From the NCBI GenBank assembly GCA_963847445.1, contig CAWJZV010000017.1, positions 32,001 to 96,000 of the forward strand: DNA of 64,000 nt, written 5' to 3'. A model generated the notes under the pieces. The model searched no databases. It saw only the letters and a program-made list of their open reading frames with translations, and was not told the origin of the DNA. Source of the stretch: an uncultured delta proteobacterium. GTDB taxonomy: Bacteria; Desulfobacterota; Binatia; UBA9968. The position numbers and the translations under genes were made by a program. Below, piece by piece: positions 30,882 to 40,365 of this stretch. Positions within the stretch are counted from its first letter, which is position 1. Each line of letters opens with the position of its first letter.

Positions 30882-31683
30882 GCGGTTCACCACCGCAGAG
30901 GTGGCGAAGATTCTCAATTTTTCAGGGAGCCGGATCCGTTCTTTTGTGCGTGCCGGTTTTATCACCCCTGATCGCGGAAACAAAAAGTCGCTCCAATTCA
31001 CGTTTCAGGACGTGATATTTTTAAAGACCGCTAAAGGCTTGCTCGATTCCCGCGTGCCGTCGAAGCGAGTCGCGCGCATGCTTTCGGCCTTAAAGCACCA
31101 GCTTCCCGATGGCCAACATCTGTCCAGTCTAAAAATTTACTCTGACGGCCGACGCGCCATCGTCTGGGACGGCAAGAGCCGCTGGCAGCCCGATTCGGGA
31201 CAGTTCCTTTTCAACTTCGACGCCCGCGCTATAGTGCAAAAGCTCAAGTTGCCACCAGCCCCGCCAAGCGAAAATCAACGGACCGCAGAGCACTGGTTCA
31301 ACTTAGCTGTCGAGCTCGAAGCAACGTCAATCAAGGAAGCGCAACGGGCCTATCATTTAGCTTTGGCGCTGGACGCAAAAATGGTCGACGCGCACTTAAA
31401 TCTTGGCAAACTTTATCATGACGGCGGCGAGCTGAAGAAAGCTGAGGCGCACTACCGCGCCGCGGCAGAGAACGCTCCGCACGATGCGGCAGCGCATTTC
31501 AATTTGGGCGTTCTGCTCGAAGATCTAAAACGGTCGCAAGACGCCATTGCCGCTTATCGAGAAGCGATCCGATTGGACCCCCGGTTCGCCGACGCCCACT
31601 ACAATCTCGGTCTGCTGTGCGAGGCGTTGGGCGAAAAGGCTGAAGCGATAAAGCATTTTCATAACGCCCAAAAAATTCGCTGA
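30878..31683 (+). CDS. MerR-like HTH + TPR protein (ATG overlaps Ku stop; 1-nt indel at 5' end)
   Basis: FTTAEVAKIL...FTFQDV; WQPDSGQFLFNF; TPRs AHLNLG, AHFNLG, AHYNLG. Confidence 0.8.
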
Positions 31684-31689
31684 CTAACA

Positions 31690-34284
31690 ATGGCCTTAGA
31701 ATCTTACCGCAAGAAGCGCAATTTCAAGACTACCCCTGAACCAGCGGGCAGGATTAAAAAGCCGAAAAGCGGGGATCTCGCATTCGTAGTTCAAAAACAC
31801 GCCGCTAGCCGTCTGCATTACGACTTCAGATTGGAGCTTAACGGCGTGCTGCTGAGCTGGGCGGTGCCGAAAGGCCCTAGTCTAGATCCAAATGACAAAC
31901 GTCTGGCAATGCACGTCGAAGATCATCCCATTGAATACGGCGGATTCGAGGGGATAATTCCGCCAAAGCAATATGGCTCAGGGACCGTCATGCTATGGGA
32001 TCGCGGAGTATGGATACCCAAGGAAGATTCGGTTGCAGGCTACAAAAAGGGCAAACTCAAGTTCGATCTCAAGGGAGAAAAACTCAGAGGCGGTTGGACC
32101 TTGGTAAAAAGTCACGGCGGCAGGTACGGCGCTAACGCGTGGTTATTGTTCAAAGAGGATGATGAGTACGCGCGCACAGGTCCGGAGGCGCGCGTTGTCG
32201 ATATCCGCCCCGATAGTGTGACGACGCAGCGCAGCCTGGAGCAGATCGCCGCCGATCCCGAGCGGGTCTGGCATTCCAATAGAACCGTTGCCGCAAACAT
32301 CAAAAAGGGAGCAGTCAAGAAGGCCAAAACGAAGATCGATCCATCGAAGATACCAGCCGCGCGAAAGGCGCTCCTGGCGAATTCCGTTGACGTTCAGCTT
32401 GCGACATCGGCAACAGTCGCGCCCGAAGGCGAGGGCTGGATCCACGAGATCAAGTATGACGGCTATCGAATGCTTTGCCGGTTAAACGCCGGAACGGTTC
32501 GAATCTATTCGCGAAATCGCAAAGAGTGGACTGCCGACTTTCCAAGCGTGGCGAGAGCGTTGGCCGATCTGCCCATAGAGTCGGCATGGATCGACGGCGA
32601 AGTTGTTAGCATGGACGCCAAAGGGCGCTTCGGCTTCCAAGCGCTTCAGCAAGCGCTGTCAACGGGCACCGGCGAAGTCGTCTACTACGCTTTCGACTTG
32701 TTGTATCTAAACGGCTACGACCTACGGGGTGTTACTTTGCAAGAACGAAAAACCCTCCTTAAGAGTCTTGTACCGGCGGCCGGTACCATTCGTTATAGCG
32801 ACGATTTCGCTGTGTCCGGCGCGGAGTTTTTTGCCCATGTCTGCAAACTGGGGCTCGAGGGAATGATTTCGAAGCGCGTCGATTCAACCTATCAGGGCAC
32901 GCGAGCGGCCACATGGCTCAAGGTAAAGTGCGCCCGTCGGCAGGAAATGGTCATCGGTGGATTCACGGATCCCGAGGGTTCGCGGCAAGGCTTCGGTGCG
33001 CTGTTGCTGGGCGTCTATGACGCCCAAGGCAATCTGCGTTATTCCGGCAAGGTCGGCACCGGCTTCAATGATGCCGTGCTGGTAACGTTGCGCCGCGACC
33101 TCGAAAAATTGGTTCGAGACAAGCCCGCTTTCATAAACCCACCCCGCGGCGCCGAGGCTCGCCGTGCCCATTGGGTAACGCCCGAGCTGGTCGCCGAAGT
33201 CACGTTCACCGAGTGGACTGACGACGGAACTCTGCGTCATGCATCTTTCCAGGGGTTGCGCAAAGATAAGCGAGCGCGCGACGTAGTGCGGGAAGAGCCA
33301 TCCCCCACCCCCAGCATCGCTCAAAGCAATTCTCAGTCGCCAGATAAATCATCACGCAAGACGAAGCCATCTCCGGCAAAGGGCGATAAAAATACCATTG
33401 CAGGAATTAAAATCTCTCACCCTGACAAGCTGCTTTACCCGGAAGCCGAAATTAGCAAACGTGATCTTGCGCTCTATTACGAAGCGATTGGCGAGTGGAT
33501 CGTCCCGCATTTGCGCAATCGCCCCTTGACGTTAGTGAGATGCCCCGACGGCTGGAACAAGGAGTGTTTTTATCAGAAGCATGCCGCTGCCGGTGTTGAT
33601 CAGGCGATCGAACGAGTGACGGTCCAGGACAGCGACGGTCCGGCGTTGTATATGATGGCCAACTCGGTGCGCGCTGTGGTCGCGGTGCTCCAAATGGGGA
33701 CGCTGGAACTTCATCCTTGGGGCGCGCGCACACCAAAGCTGGGATTTCCCGACCGCATGGTTTTTGATCTCGACCCTGACGAAGCACTCGGCTGGAAAGA
33801 AATTGCCAATGCAGCGACTGTTGTAAAAACCTTGCTCGATAACCTTGGCTTGCGGGGGTTTCTAAAGACCACCGGCGGGAAAGGTTTGCACGTCGTGGTG
33901 CCAATTCAACCCACTGTGCCGTGGGAGCACATCAAAGGCTTTACCAAGGCTATCGCCGAGTTACTGGCGCAAACATTTCCGGATCGATTTACCGCGAAGC
34001 TGCTTAAAGTCTCCCGCCATGGCAAGATATATATCGATTATTTGCGCAACGGCGAGGGCGCCACAGCGGTCGCGCCTTATTCGCTACGCGCTAAAGCCAA
34101 CGCGCCGGTGTCGACACCGATTAGCTGGCCGGAGCTCGCACGGGATTTACGCTTCGATTATTTCAACGTGAAGAATGTTCCGGCGCGGTTGAAGCGTTTA
34201 AAACGCGATCCCTGGGCGGAGTTTATGAAGACACGACAAACTGTCAGCAAGGCGATCATGAAAAAAGTCGGCTACACGATGTAG
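31690..34284 (+). CDS. ligD: DNA ligase D (phosphoesterase-ligase-polymerase)
   Basis: QKHAASRLHYDFRLE, HEIKYDGYR, EGMISKR, DRMVFDLDP, KTTGGKGLH. Confidence 0.96.
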   Translation: MALESYRKKRNFKTTPEPAGRIKKPKSGDLAFVVQKHAASRLHYDFRLELNGVLLSWAVPKGPSLDPNDKRLAMHVEDHPIEYGGFEGIIPPKQYGSGTVMLWDRGVWIPKEDSVAGYKKGKLKFDLKGEKLRGGWTLVKSHGGRYGANAWLLFKEDDEYARTGPEARVVDIRPDSVTTQRSLEQIAADPERVWHSNRTVAANIKKGAVKKAKTKIDPSKIPAARKALLANSVDVQLATSATVAPEGEGWIHEIKYDGYRMLCRLNAGTVRIYSRNRKEWTADFPSVARALADLPIESAWIDGEVVSMDAKGRFGFQALQQALSTGTGEVVYYAFDLLYLNGYDLRGVTLQERKTLLKSLVPAAGTIRYSDDFAVSGAEFFAHVCKLGLEGMISKRVDSTYQGTRAATWLKVKCARRQEMVIGGFTDPEGSRQGFGALLLGVYDAQGNLRYSGKVGTGFNDAVLVTLRRDLEKLVRDKPAFINPPRGAEARRAHWVTPELVAEVTFTEWTDDGTLRHASFQGLRKDKRARDVVREEPSPTPSIAQSNSQSPDKSSRKTKPSPAKGDKNTIAGIKISHPDKLLYPEAEISKRDLALYYEAIGEWIVPHLRNRPLTLVRCPDGWNKECFYQKHAAAGVDQAIERVTVQDSDGPALYMMANSVRAVVAVLQMGTLELHPWGARTPKLGFPDRMVFDLDPDEALGWKEIANAATVVKTLLDNLGLRGFLKTTGGKGLHVVVPIQPTVPWEHIKGFTKAIAELLAQTFPDRFTAKLLKVSRHGKIYIDYLRNGEGATAVAPYSLRAKANAPVSTPISWPELARDLRFDYFNVKNVPARLKRLKRDPWAEFMKTRQTVSKAIMKKVGYTM

Positions 34285-34507
34285 CGCCTCACGGGCTCAG
34301 GCAAGGCCGTATGGGCGGCTCCGATACGACAACGCTATGGTGGCAAGCCCGTGCACTCACCGAGAGACAAATTAACTAACGTATTTATCGGCAAAAGAAT
34401 CGGCGGATCCGACCGTCGAGCGTTATCGCCTGGGTAGTCGCTGATGAATGATCTCGCGGAATATAGCCTGCGATAGACTAATCGGTTCCGTCCTGCCAAA
34501 TCTGCTT

Positions 34508-34630
34508 CGACCCTTTGGTCGAGAGACTCGACGCTTTTAACGAGCCGTTTCTCGGTTTCGGTCTGACATCCTCAAGAAGCTCGCGGAAACACAGCCGTTC
34601 CCTCATCGGAACATCCGGCACAGATAATGC
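34508..34630 (+). promoter_or_regulatory. enhancer + sigma54 promoter cassette copy 8
   Basis: CGAC-CCTTTG-GTCG-AGAGACT-CGAC-GCTTT-TAACG; CGGCACAGATAATGC at 34616. Confidence 0.82.
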
Positions 34631-34676
34631 TTTTACAAAGGGGGAAGGACTAAACAGACAAACCAAAGGAGAGACT

Positions 34677-34757
34677 ATGGATACTATACTGATCGTTATA
34701 CTCGTGTTGTTTTTGGTCGGTGGCGGTGGCTGGGGATATTCTCGTTGGCGCCGGTAA
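34677..34757 (+). CDS. 26-aa microprotein MDTILIVILVLFLVGGGGWGYSRWRR
   Basis: AAGGAG RBS; paralog of 29800. Confidence 0.8.
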   Translation: MDTILIVILVLFLVGGGGWGYSRWRR

Positions 34758-34815
34758 CGCCCGCCGGAGCACAAATCACGTCGCAACAAACCGCGTCGAA
34801 AGATTCGGAGAATTT

Positions 34816-35043
34816 ATGACTAAGCAAATCGACATCCACGGCCAGCGCGTCCAACTCTATAGTCCAGACAAAGGCCGTACCTGGTCGAGCAGCCCGCAAT
34901 CAATCATTGCCTATCGACAAAGGAAGACGATGCTGCGCTTGGAATTACAAAAAAGGTTTGAACGCATCGACGACGGGATGCAGGACCCCGATCCTAATTA
35001 TATCGGCGCGCTTGAGGTCCCAAGGAACTTCATCGGACGGTGA
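34816..35043 (+). CDS. small unknown protein, paralog of 28416
   Basis: IHGQRVQLYSPDKGRTWSSSPQS; GGAG RBS. Confidence 0.7.
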   Translation: MTKQIDIHGQRVQLYSPDKGRTWSSSPQSIIAYRQRKTMLRLELQKRFERIDDGMQDPDPNYIGALEVPRNFIGR

Positions 35044-35141
35044 GACAACAGCTGAGATCCATTCGCATGCCTTCATTGAGGGATGTTATGCGCCTGAGCT
35101 CAATGGTGAATCCGATAACGCGCAAGAAAGGAGTAACTGAC

Positions 35142-35216
35142 ATGAATAGTATTATCTACGTTGTCGGTCTTGTGGTGGTGGTGCTCTTCGTTGCCGGCTA
35201 TCTCGGACTGAGGTAG
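35142..35216 (+). CDS. 24-aa microprotein MNSIIYVVGLVVVVLFVAGYLGLR
   Basis: AAGGAG RBS; paralog of 8029. Confidence 0.75.
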   Translation: MNSIIYVVGLVVVVLFVAGYLGLR

Positions 35217-35336
35217 CCCTGGCGCGTAGTTCAGGACTCCCCGAATATCTTTTTCAAACCTGTCTGAAGTCGGTCAGCAATCCTCGCGACTCAGCACAAG
35301 CGTCTGAAAGCCAAAAGAATAACTACAAATCAACTA

Positions 35337-35882
35337 ATGGAGGACAATCTAATGAACGAAGATGTTTTTGCCGGGCAATGGAAGCAAATGCGCGGCGAAC
35401 TTAAATCGTGGTGGAGCCAACTCGCCGATGATGAGTTGGACTTGATCGGCGGTCATAAAGACAAGCTGATCGGTTTAGTGCAGGAGAGATACGGCTATGC
35501 TCGCGAACATGCCGAGCAAGAGGTGGAGCGGCGCTTTAAGGAGTTTAGCGATAAAACGAGCGGGGCCGTCGCCAGCATCACGGCCAAAGCGCAGGAGTTC
35601 GGCGCGACGGCCGGGAACAAGGCGAATGATGCCGCCACCGTCGTTGGTGAAAAAATCGGATCCCTGGCTCATGTAATCCGGGAAAATGCCCCGCACGACG
35701 GCGCGGTGGCAACGGCGGCAACAGCGGTTGTGGACGGGCTGGAATCGGCGAGCTCTTACCTGCGCGAGAAAAAATTCGACCATCTGGCCAAAGATGTCAC
35801 GGACTTAGTCCGCACCTATCCGGTCCAATCTCTGCTGATCGGTATTGGTCTCGGCTATTTGCTGGCCCGGCGCCCGAGATAA
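35337..35882 (+). CDS. CsbD-family protein with DUF883-like tail anchor
   Basis: GQWKQMRGELKSWW..L.DDE..G..DKLIG; PVQSLLIGIGLGYLL. Confidence 0.85.
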   Translation: MEDNLMNEDVFAGQWKQMRGELKSWWSQLADDELDLIGGHKDKLIGLVQERYGYAREHAEQEVERRFKEFSDKTSGAVASITAKAQEFGATAGNKANDAATVVGEKIGSLAHVIRENAPHDGAVATAATAVVDGLESASSYLREKKFDHLAKDVTDLVRTYPVQSLLIGIGLGYLLARRPR

Positions 35883-35885
35883 GTC

Positions 35886-36305
35886 ATGGAAAACGGATCG
35901 CAATACCGCGCACAGGAAAGTTTCGTATCGTTGCTAGGCGGCATCGCTTACGATGCGAAGGAGTTACTGCTGCAAGAGGTGGCACTGACGAAACGCGAGC
36001 TGCAGTACGAGCTGCACAAAGCTAAAACCGCCGCGATCGCACTGGGGAGCGCAATCGGGATTATCGCCACCGGCGGGATATTACTGATGCTCGCGCTGGT
36101 TCACCTGCTCGACGCTTTTACAGTGGTGCCGCTCTGGGGGTGCTACGGGATCGTCGCGACTGTCCTCGTCGTCCTCGGCGCGGTGCTGCTCGTCGCGGCT
36201 AAAACTAAGGCAGAGGCACTAGAGGTGGTCCCTCAGCCAACAGTGGTGAGGATGAAGGAGAACGCACGATGGCTGACAAAGCAGACGACATCCGACAAGA
36301 GCTAG
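35886..36305 (+). CDS. holin-like (YqjE-type) two-TM protein
   Basis: LLLQEVAL.K.EL, two TMs, P..TV..MKENARW. Confidence 0.78.
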   Translation: MENGSQYRAQESFVSLLGGIAYDAKELLLQEVALTKRELQYELHKAKTAAIALGSAIGIIATGGILLMLALVHLLDAFTVVPLWGCYGIVATVLVVLGAVLLVAAKTKAEALEVVPQPTVVRMKENARWLTKQTTSDKS

Positions 36306-36790
36306 AAAAAGACCGTCAAGATATCGCGGCTACCCGTTCGGCGCTTACGGAGAAGCTGGGGGTCCTGGGCGACCGCGTTCAGGAGACCGTCGACGAGGTG
36401 AAGCAAACCTTCGATCTGCGTTATCAGGTGAAACAGCGACCGTGGCTCATGTTTGGCGGGTCACTGCTGGTGGGCTACGCGCTCGGTCGCCGCGGTGCGC
36501 CAAGAACCACAGCCGATAGGTCAAAGGCGCCGCCGTCTTCGAACGCGCAGCCGCAGAAAAGTATCGTGAGCGCAATCAGCACTCAGTTTACGGACGAGCT
36601 TTCCACGATCAAAGGGGCAGCCTTTGGAGCGGTGATAAGCACGCTCTGGGCGATGGCCAAACAGATGCTGCCGCAACCGGTCCGACAAATCGATAGCGCG
36701 ATCGCCAAGCCCGGCGTTCAACCAATCGATAGCTCACGGCAAATCACCGATCGAGGTAGCCCTTCGATGACCAACGGGCACGATCCGTAG
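36269..36790 (+). CDS. DUF3618-like protein
   Basis: DIAATRSALTEKL..L; QVKQRPWLMFGGSLLVG. Confidence 0.72.
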   Translation: MADKADDIRQELEKDRQDIAATRSALTEKLGVLGDRVQETVDEVKQTFDLRYQVKQRPWLMFGGSLLVGYALGRRGAPRTTADRSKAPPSSNAQPQKSIVSAISTQFTDELSTIKGAAFGAVISTLWAMAKQMLPQPVRQIDSAIAKPGVQPIDSSRQITDRGSPSMTNGHDP

Positions 36791-36850
36791 ATAAGGAGGT
36801 CACACGAAGTCAGCAGCTTCGGGAAAACTTAGCAATGAAAATACCAACCA

Positions 36851-37261
36851 ATGAAAGAAAGAGGATTTATGAGAATAGCTCTAGGTTTAGTTCTCGCGTT
36901 TCTAGTCGTCGGGTGTTCCAAAACTGAGCAGTCTAATACGGAACAGCCCAGCCAACCCGCCGTTGTCGCGGCTGATAATAGCGGCCGTAACGAGCGAGAC
37001 CGTAACGACGCGACCAAGACCGCAGGCGATCAAGCTGAGAATGAGGCGGATCGGACGATCTCACAGAACATCCGGCAGGCTATTGGCAAGGATGACTCGG
37101 TCTCGACGAACGGCAAGAACGCCAAGATCATCACGGTCGATGGCATCGTAACGCTACGCGGACCGGTGCAGAGTGAGAAAGAGAAAACTAACATCGGCGC
37201 CAAAGCCCAGCAAATCGCCGGTGTAAAAAGCGTCGATAACCAATTGGAGATTGCCAACTAA
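36851..37261 (+). CDS. BON-domain lipoprotein
   Basis: lipobox VVGC; GIVTLRGPV...GVKSVDNQL. Confidence 0.88.
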   Translation: MKERGFMRIALGLVLAFLVVGCSKTEQSNTEQPSQPAVVAADNSGRNERDRNDATKTAGDQAENEADRTISQNIRQAIGKDDSVSTNGKNAKIITVDGIVTLRGPVQSEKEKTNIGAKAQQIAGVKSVDNQLEIAN

Positions 37262-37277
37262 TTTAAAGGAGATGACC

Positions 37278-37832
37278 ATGTCTAAATCAGTTATTTGCTT
37301 ATGTGACAATGAATTCCAAACCAATATGATAGTCGAAAAGCTCAAGGGTGCGGGCTTTTCCAACAACGATATCTCGGTCTTGTTCCCCGATAAGTCGGGA
37401 ACCAAGGATTTTGCCCACGAACAGAATACCAAGCTACCGGAGGGTGCCGCCACCGGAGCAGGCACCGGCGGGGTGCTAGGCGCTGGTTTGGGCTGGCTAG
37501 TGGGTATTGGCGCCTTGGCGATTCCCGGCGTCGGCCCCTTTATTGCCGCGGGTCCGATCATGGCTGCTCTAGCAGGTGCCGGTGTCGGCGCAGCCGTCGG
37601 CGGGTTGAGCGGAGCGTTAGTCGGCATGGGCATCCCCGAGTACGAGGCCAAACGCTACGAGGGAAAAATCAAAGAGGGCAGCATTCTGATCTCGGTGCAC
37701 TCGGAAGATAGCGATGAAGTTAAGCGCGCTAAGGAGATTTTTGAAAAATCCGGCGCGCACGACATTTCGTCTACCGGAGAAAGCAGCGTGCCCAAAGCGG
37801 ACGATGAAAGCCGGGAACACCGCGTGTCGTAG
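37278..37832 (+). CDS. general stress protein (17M/DUF3341-like) with glycine zipper
   Basis: DISVLFPDK, GIGALAIPGVGPFIAAGP, MGIPEYEAKRYE. Confidence 0.82.
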   Translation: MSKSVICLCDNEFQTNMIVEKLKGAGFSNNDISVLFPDKSGTKDFAHEQNTKLPEGAATGAGTGGVLGAGLGWLVGIGALAIPGVGPFIAAGPIMAALAGAGVGAAVGGLSGALVGMGIPEYEAKRYEGKIKEGSILISVHSEDSDEVKRAKEIFEKSGAHDISSTGESSVPKADDESREHRVS

Positions 37833-37899
37833 ACCGCCGCATGCAGGTTGCGGGTCCGTCGTCAGATGGGCGGACTCGCAACGTTTTTAGGAGAGAATT

Positions 37900-38022
37900 A
37901 TGAAGATTTTACCGAAGATCATTGCAAACGAGACGGGCGCGATAGGTTGGGTCCTATTATGGGCGATCGGCATTCCCATACCGATATTACTCGTGTTGTT
38001 CATGGTGCGCGGTTGTACGTAA
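37900..38022 (+). CDS. 40-aa membrane microprotein
   Basis: MKILPKIIANETGAIGWVLLWAIGIPIPILLVLFMVRGCT; AGGAG RBS. Confidence 0.7.
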   Translation: MKILPKIIANETGAIGWVLLWAIGIPIPILLVLFMVRGCT

Positions 38023-38232
38023 TCATCAATTATGCGCGTCGATCGCGGGCCTTGCTCGTAGCGAAATTAAAATTGACTGACAACTCACGAACATTGCGCA
38101 TTCTAGTCGCCTTCTGCGCGACAAATACACCGCTTCATCGCCGGTGTTCGGTCGGGTATCCTCGCGACAAATGTGCGTAAGCGCGAAAGCGATACGCTGA
38201 GGGACGGCCGTTTTCATTAGACGAATCTCCCC

Positions 38233-39300
38233 ATGTTCAAAGTCACGCTGATCGCTCTTGGCACGTTCTTCATTGCTGTCACGGTTTTACCTTTGATACG
38301 CTCAGGTAACGCCTGGATCCGTATGTTGGATTTTCCACGCGCGCACATTGCCATCGGCGGCGTTTGCGTCGCAGTGCTATACGGTCTCTTTGTCTGGGAC
38401 ATTAAAAACGGCGCGGAGAGCGTGATGCTTGCGGGGTTGATCGCCTGCGTGCTGTACCAGGGGTACAAGATGTCTCCCTATACATTTCTCGCCTCTCGGC
38501 AGGTGCTGTCGAGCAACCGGCACAGCTCCGACGCCACTTTTAGTTTGCTCGTTTCTAACGTTCTGATGGAAAATCGCAACGCGACAAAATATTTGGAAAT
38601 TGTCAGAGAAGCGGACCCGGATATACTATTTGCCGCTGAAACCGACCGGTGGTGGACAGAGCAACTTGGCGTCCTCGATCAAACGTACCGCTACACAGTC
38701 AACTACCCGTTGGCAAACACCTATGGGATGATCTTGCGCTCCCGGCTAAAATTGATCGACCCGCAGATCAAGTTCCTCATCGAAGACGATGTGCCCTCCA
38801 TCCATACCGGTGTCGAGTTAACGTCAGGGGATCGTATCGTGTTGCACTGCTTACACCCGAGGCCTCCTCAGCCGGTGCAGGGTCAGGATTCCACCGAGCG
38901 GGATGCGGAACTGCTGGTTGTCGCGCGAGCAGTCGCAGAGTCGGACGAACCGGCTCTCGTCGCCGGAGACTTAAACGACGTCGCCTGGTCACACACGACG
39001 AAGCTGTTCCAAAAGATCAGCGGTCTCCTTGACCCGCGCATCGGCCGCGGCATGTACAATACTTTCAACGCCAAGAATCCTCTGTTCAGGTGGCCCCTCG
39101 ATCACGTTTTTCACTCCAGTCATTTCAGGTTGGTCAAACTCGAGCGGCTTCCGTTCTTTGGCTCCGATCATTTTTCCATCTACATCACGCTGAGCTATGA
39201 ACCGGAAGCGAAAGCGCAGCAGCCGGAGCCTGCCGCCGACAAGGAGGAGCGAGAGGAAGCGGCGGAGAAGATCGGCAAAGCGAAAAGCGAGGCGGTGTAG
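38233..39300 (+). CDS. membrane-anchored endonuclease/exonuclease/phosphatase family protein
   Basis: three N-terminal TMs; AGDLND, PLDHVF, GSDH. Confidence 0.9.
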   Translation: MFKVTLIALGTFFIAVTVLPLIRSGNAWIRMLDFPRAHIAIGGVCVAVLYGLFVWDIKNGAESVMLAGLIACVLYQGYKMSPYTFLASRQVLSSNRHSSDATFSLLVSNVLMENRNATKYLEIVREADPDILFAAETDRWWTEQLGVLDQTYRYTVNYPLANTYGMILRSRLKLIDPQIKFLIEDDVPSIHTGVELTSGDRIVLHCLHPRPPQPVQGQDSTERDAELLVVARAVAESDEPALVAGDLNDVAWSHTTKLFQKISGLLDPRIGRGMYNTFNAKNPLFRWPLDHVFHSSHFRLVKLERLPFFGSDHFSIYITLSYEPEAKAQQPEPAADKEEREEAAEKIGKAKSEAV

Positions 39301-39375
39301 TCTTCAGTCGCGGATACGGGGTGCGAGTTCCCAAAGTTATGAATCTATTTGAGCCTTTAATCATTCAAAGAAATA

Positions 39376-40365
39376 TTGCAGAACAGTCCCAGCCAAAGAG
39401 GGTCGACATCGGCCCAACCCATCGATAACGTTGTGACCAAGCCTTGCGCCCAGCCATTAGATAGCCCTGAGCAGAACCTCAGAAAAACCCTTAACTTAAA
39501 AGGGCTGGGGTTGCTCACGCGGGATGCTTTTTTTCAATGGATTGACGTTAACCCGTTTCAAATGGGCGCTGCCTTGGCTTACTTCACGCTATTCTCCATG
39601 GCGCCGGTTCTGTTGATCGCGATCGCAGTCGCCGGCTTAGTGTTCGGCCGCGAAGCTTCCCAAAACCAGATTATCGGCTTGATTGAGGATGTCGTTGGAG
39701 CACAGACCGCGGGGGCGATCCTGGCGATACTTGAAAGCGCCGGTCAAACGCCGGACTCCGGTTTTTTCGCCACCGTTATCGGCATGATTTTCTTGTTGCT
39801 AGGGGCCGCCGGCGTGGTCGGACAGCTGCAAGATTCGCTTAATACAATCTGGCAAGTCGTGCCCAAGGCCGGTCGCGGGATAATCGGCTTTTTGCAGGAT
39901 CGCTTGGTCTCCTATTCCATGGTCTTGAGTGTCGGCTTTTTGTTGCTCGTCTCATTGGTCGTCAGCGCGCTCTTAAGCGCGGTGTCGCAAATATTAGGCG
40001 GTTTTCTGCCGATCGAAGCGGCTACGGCGCACATACTGGATATCGTCATCTCGTTTGCGTTTATCACATTGCTCTTCGCGGTAATCTACAAATTCGTGCC
40101 TAACGTCCGGATCGCTTGGGGAGATGTCTGGATCGGCGCGGCGACGGCCGCATTGCTATTTTCGCTGGGCAAATTCTTGATCGGCTTTTATCTAGGCCAT
40201 AGCACGGTCACATCGATCTATGGCGCCGCCGGATCACTCGTTACACTCTTGTTGTGGGTCTACTATTCATCATTGATATTTTTCTTCGGCGCCGAGTTGA
40301 ACCAAGTCTACGCGCACCGGTACGGTTCGAAAATTACCTCCGCGGAAAACGCTCAAAAATCATGA
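39376..40365 (+). CDS. YihY/BrkB family membrane protein
   Basis: GAALAYFTLFSMAP, IYGAAGSL..LLLWVYYS..IFFFGAE. Confidence 0.92.
   Translation: MQNSPSQRGSTSAQPIDNVVTKPCAQPLDSPEQNLRKTLNLKGLGLLTRDAFFQWIDVNPFQMGAALAYFTLFSMAPVLLIAIAVAGLVFGREASQNQIIGLIEDVVGAQTAGAILAILESAGQTPDSGFFATVIGMIFLLLGAAGVVGQLQDSLNTIWQVVPKAGRGIIGFLQDRLVSYSMVLSVGFLLLVSLVVSALLSAVSQILGGFLPIEAATAHILDIVISFAFITLLFAVIYKFVPNVRIAWGDVWIGAATAALLFSLGKFLIGFYLGHSTVTSIYGAAGSLVTLLLWVYYSSLIFFFGAELNQVYAHRYGSKITSAENAQKS

Noticed and set aside
35886-36305. Prophage suggested by a holin-like gene
   Set aside because: This family normally sits in CsbD/DUF883/DUF3618 stress operons; no phage genes nearby.
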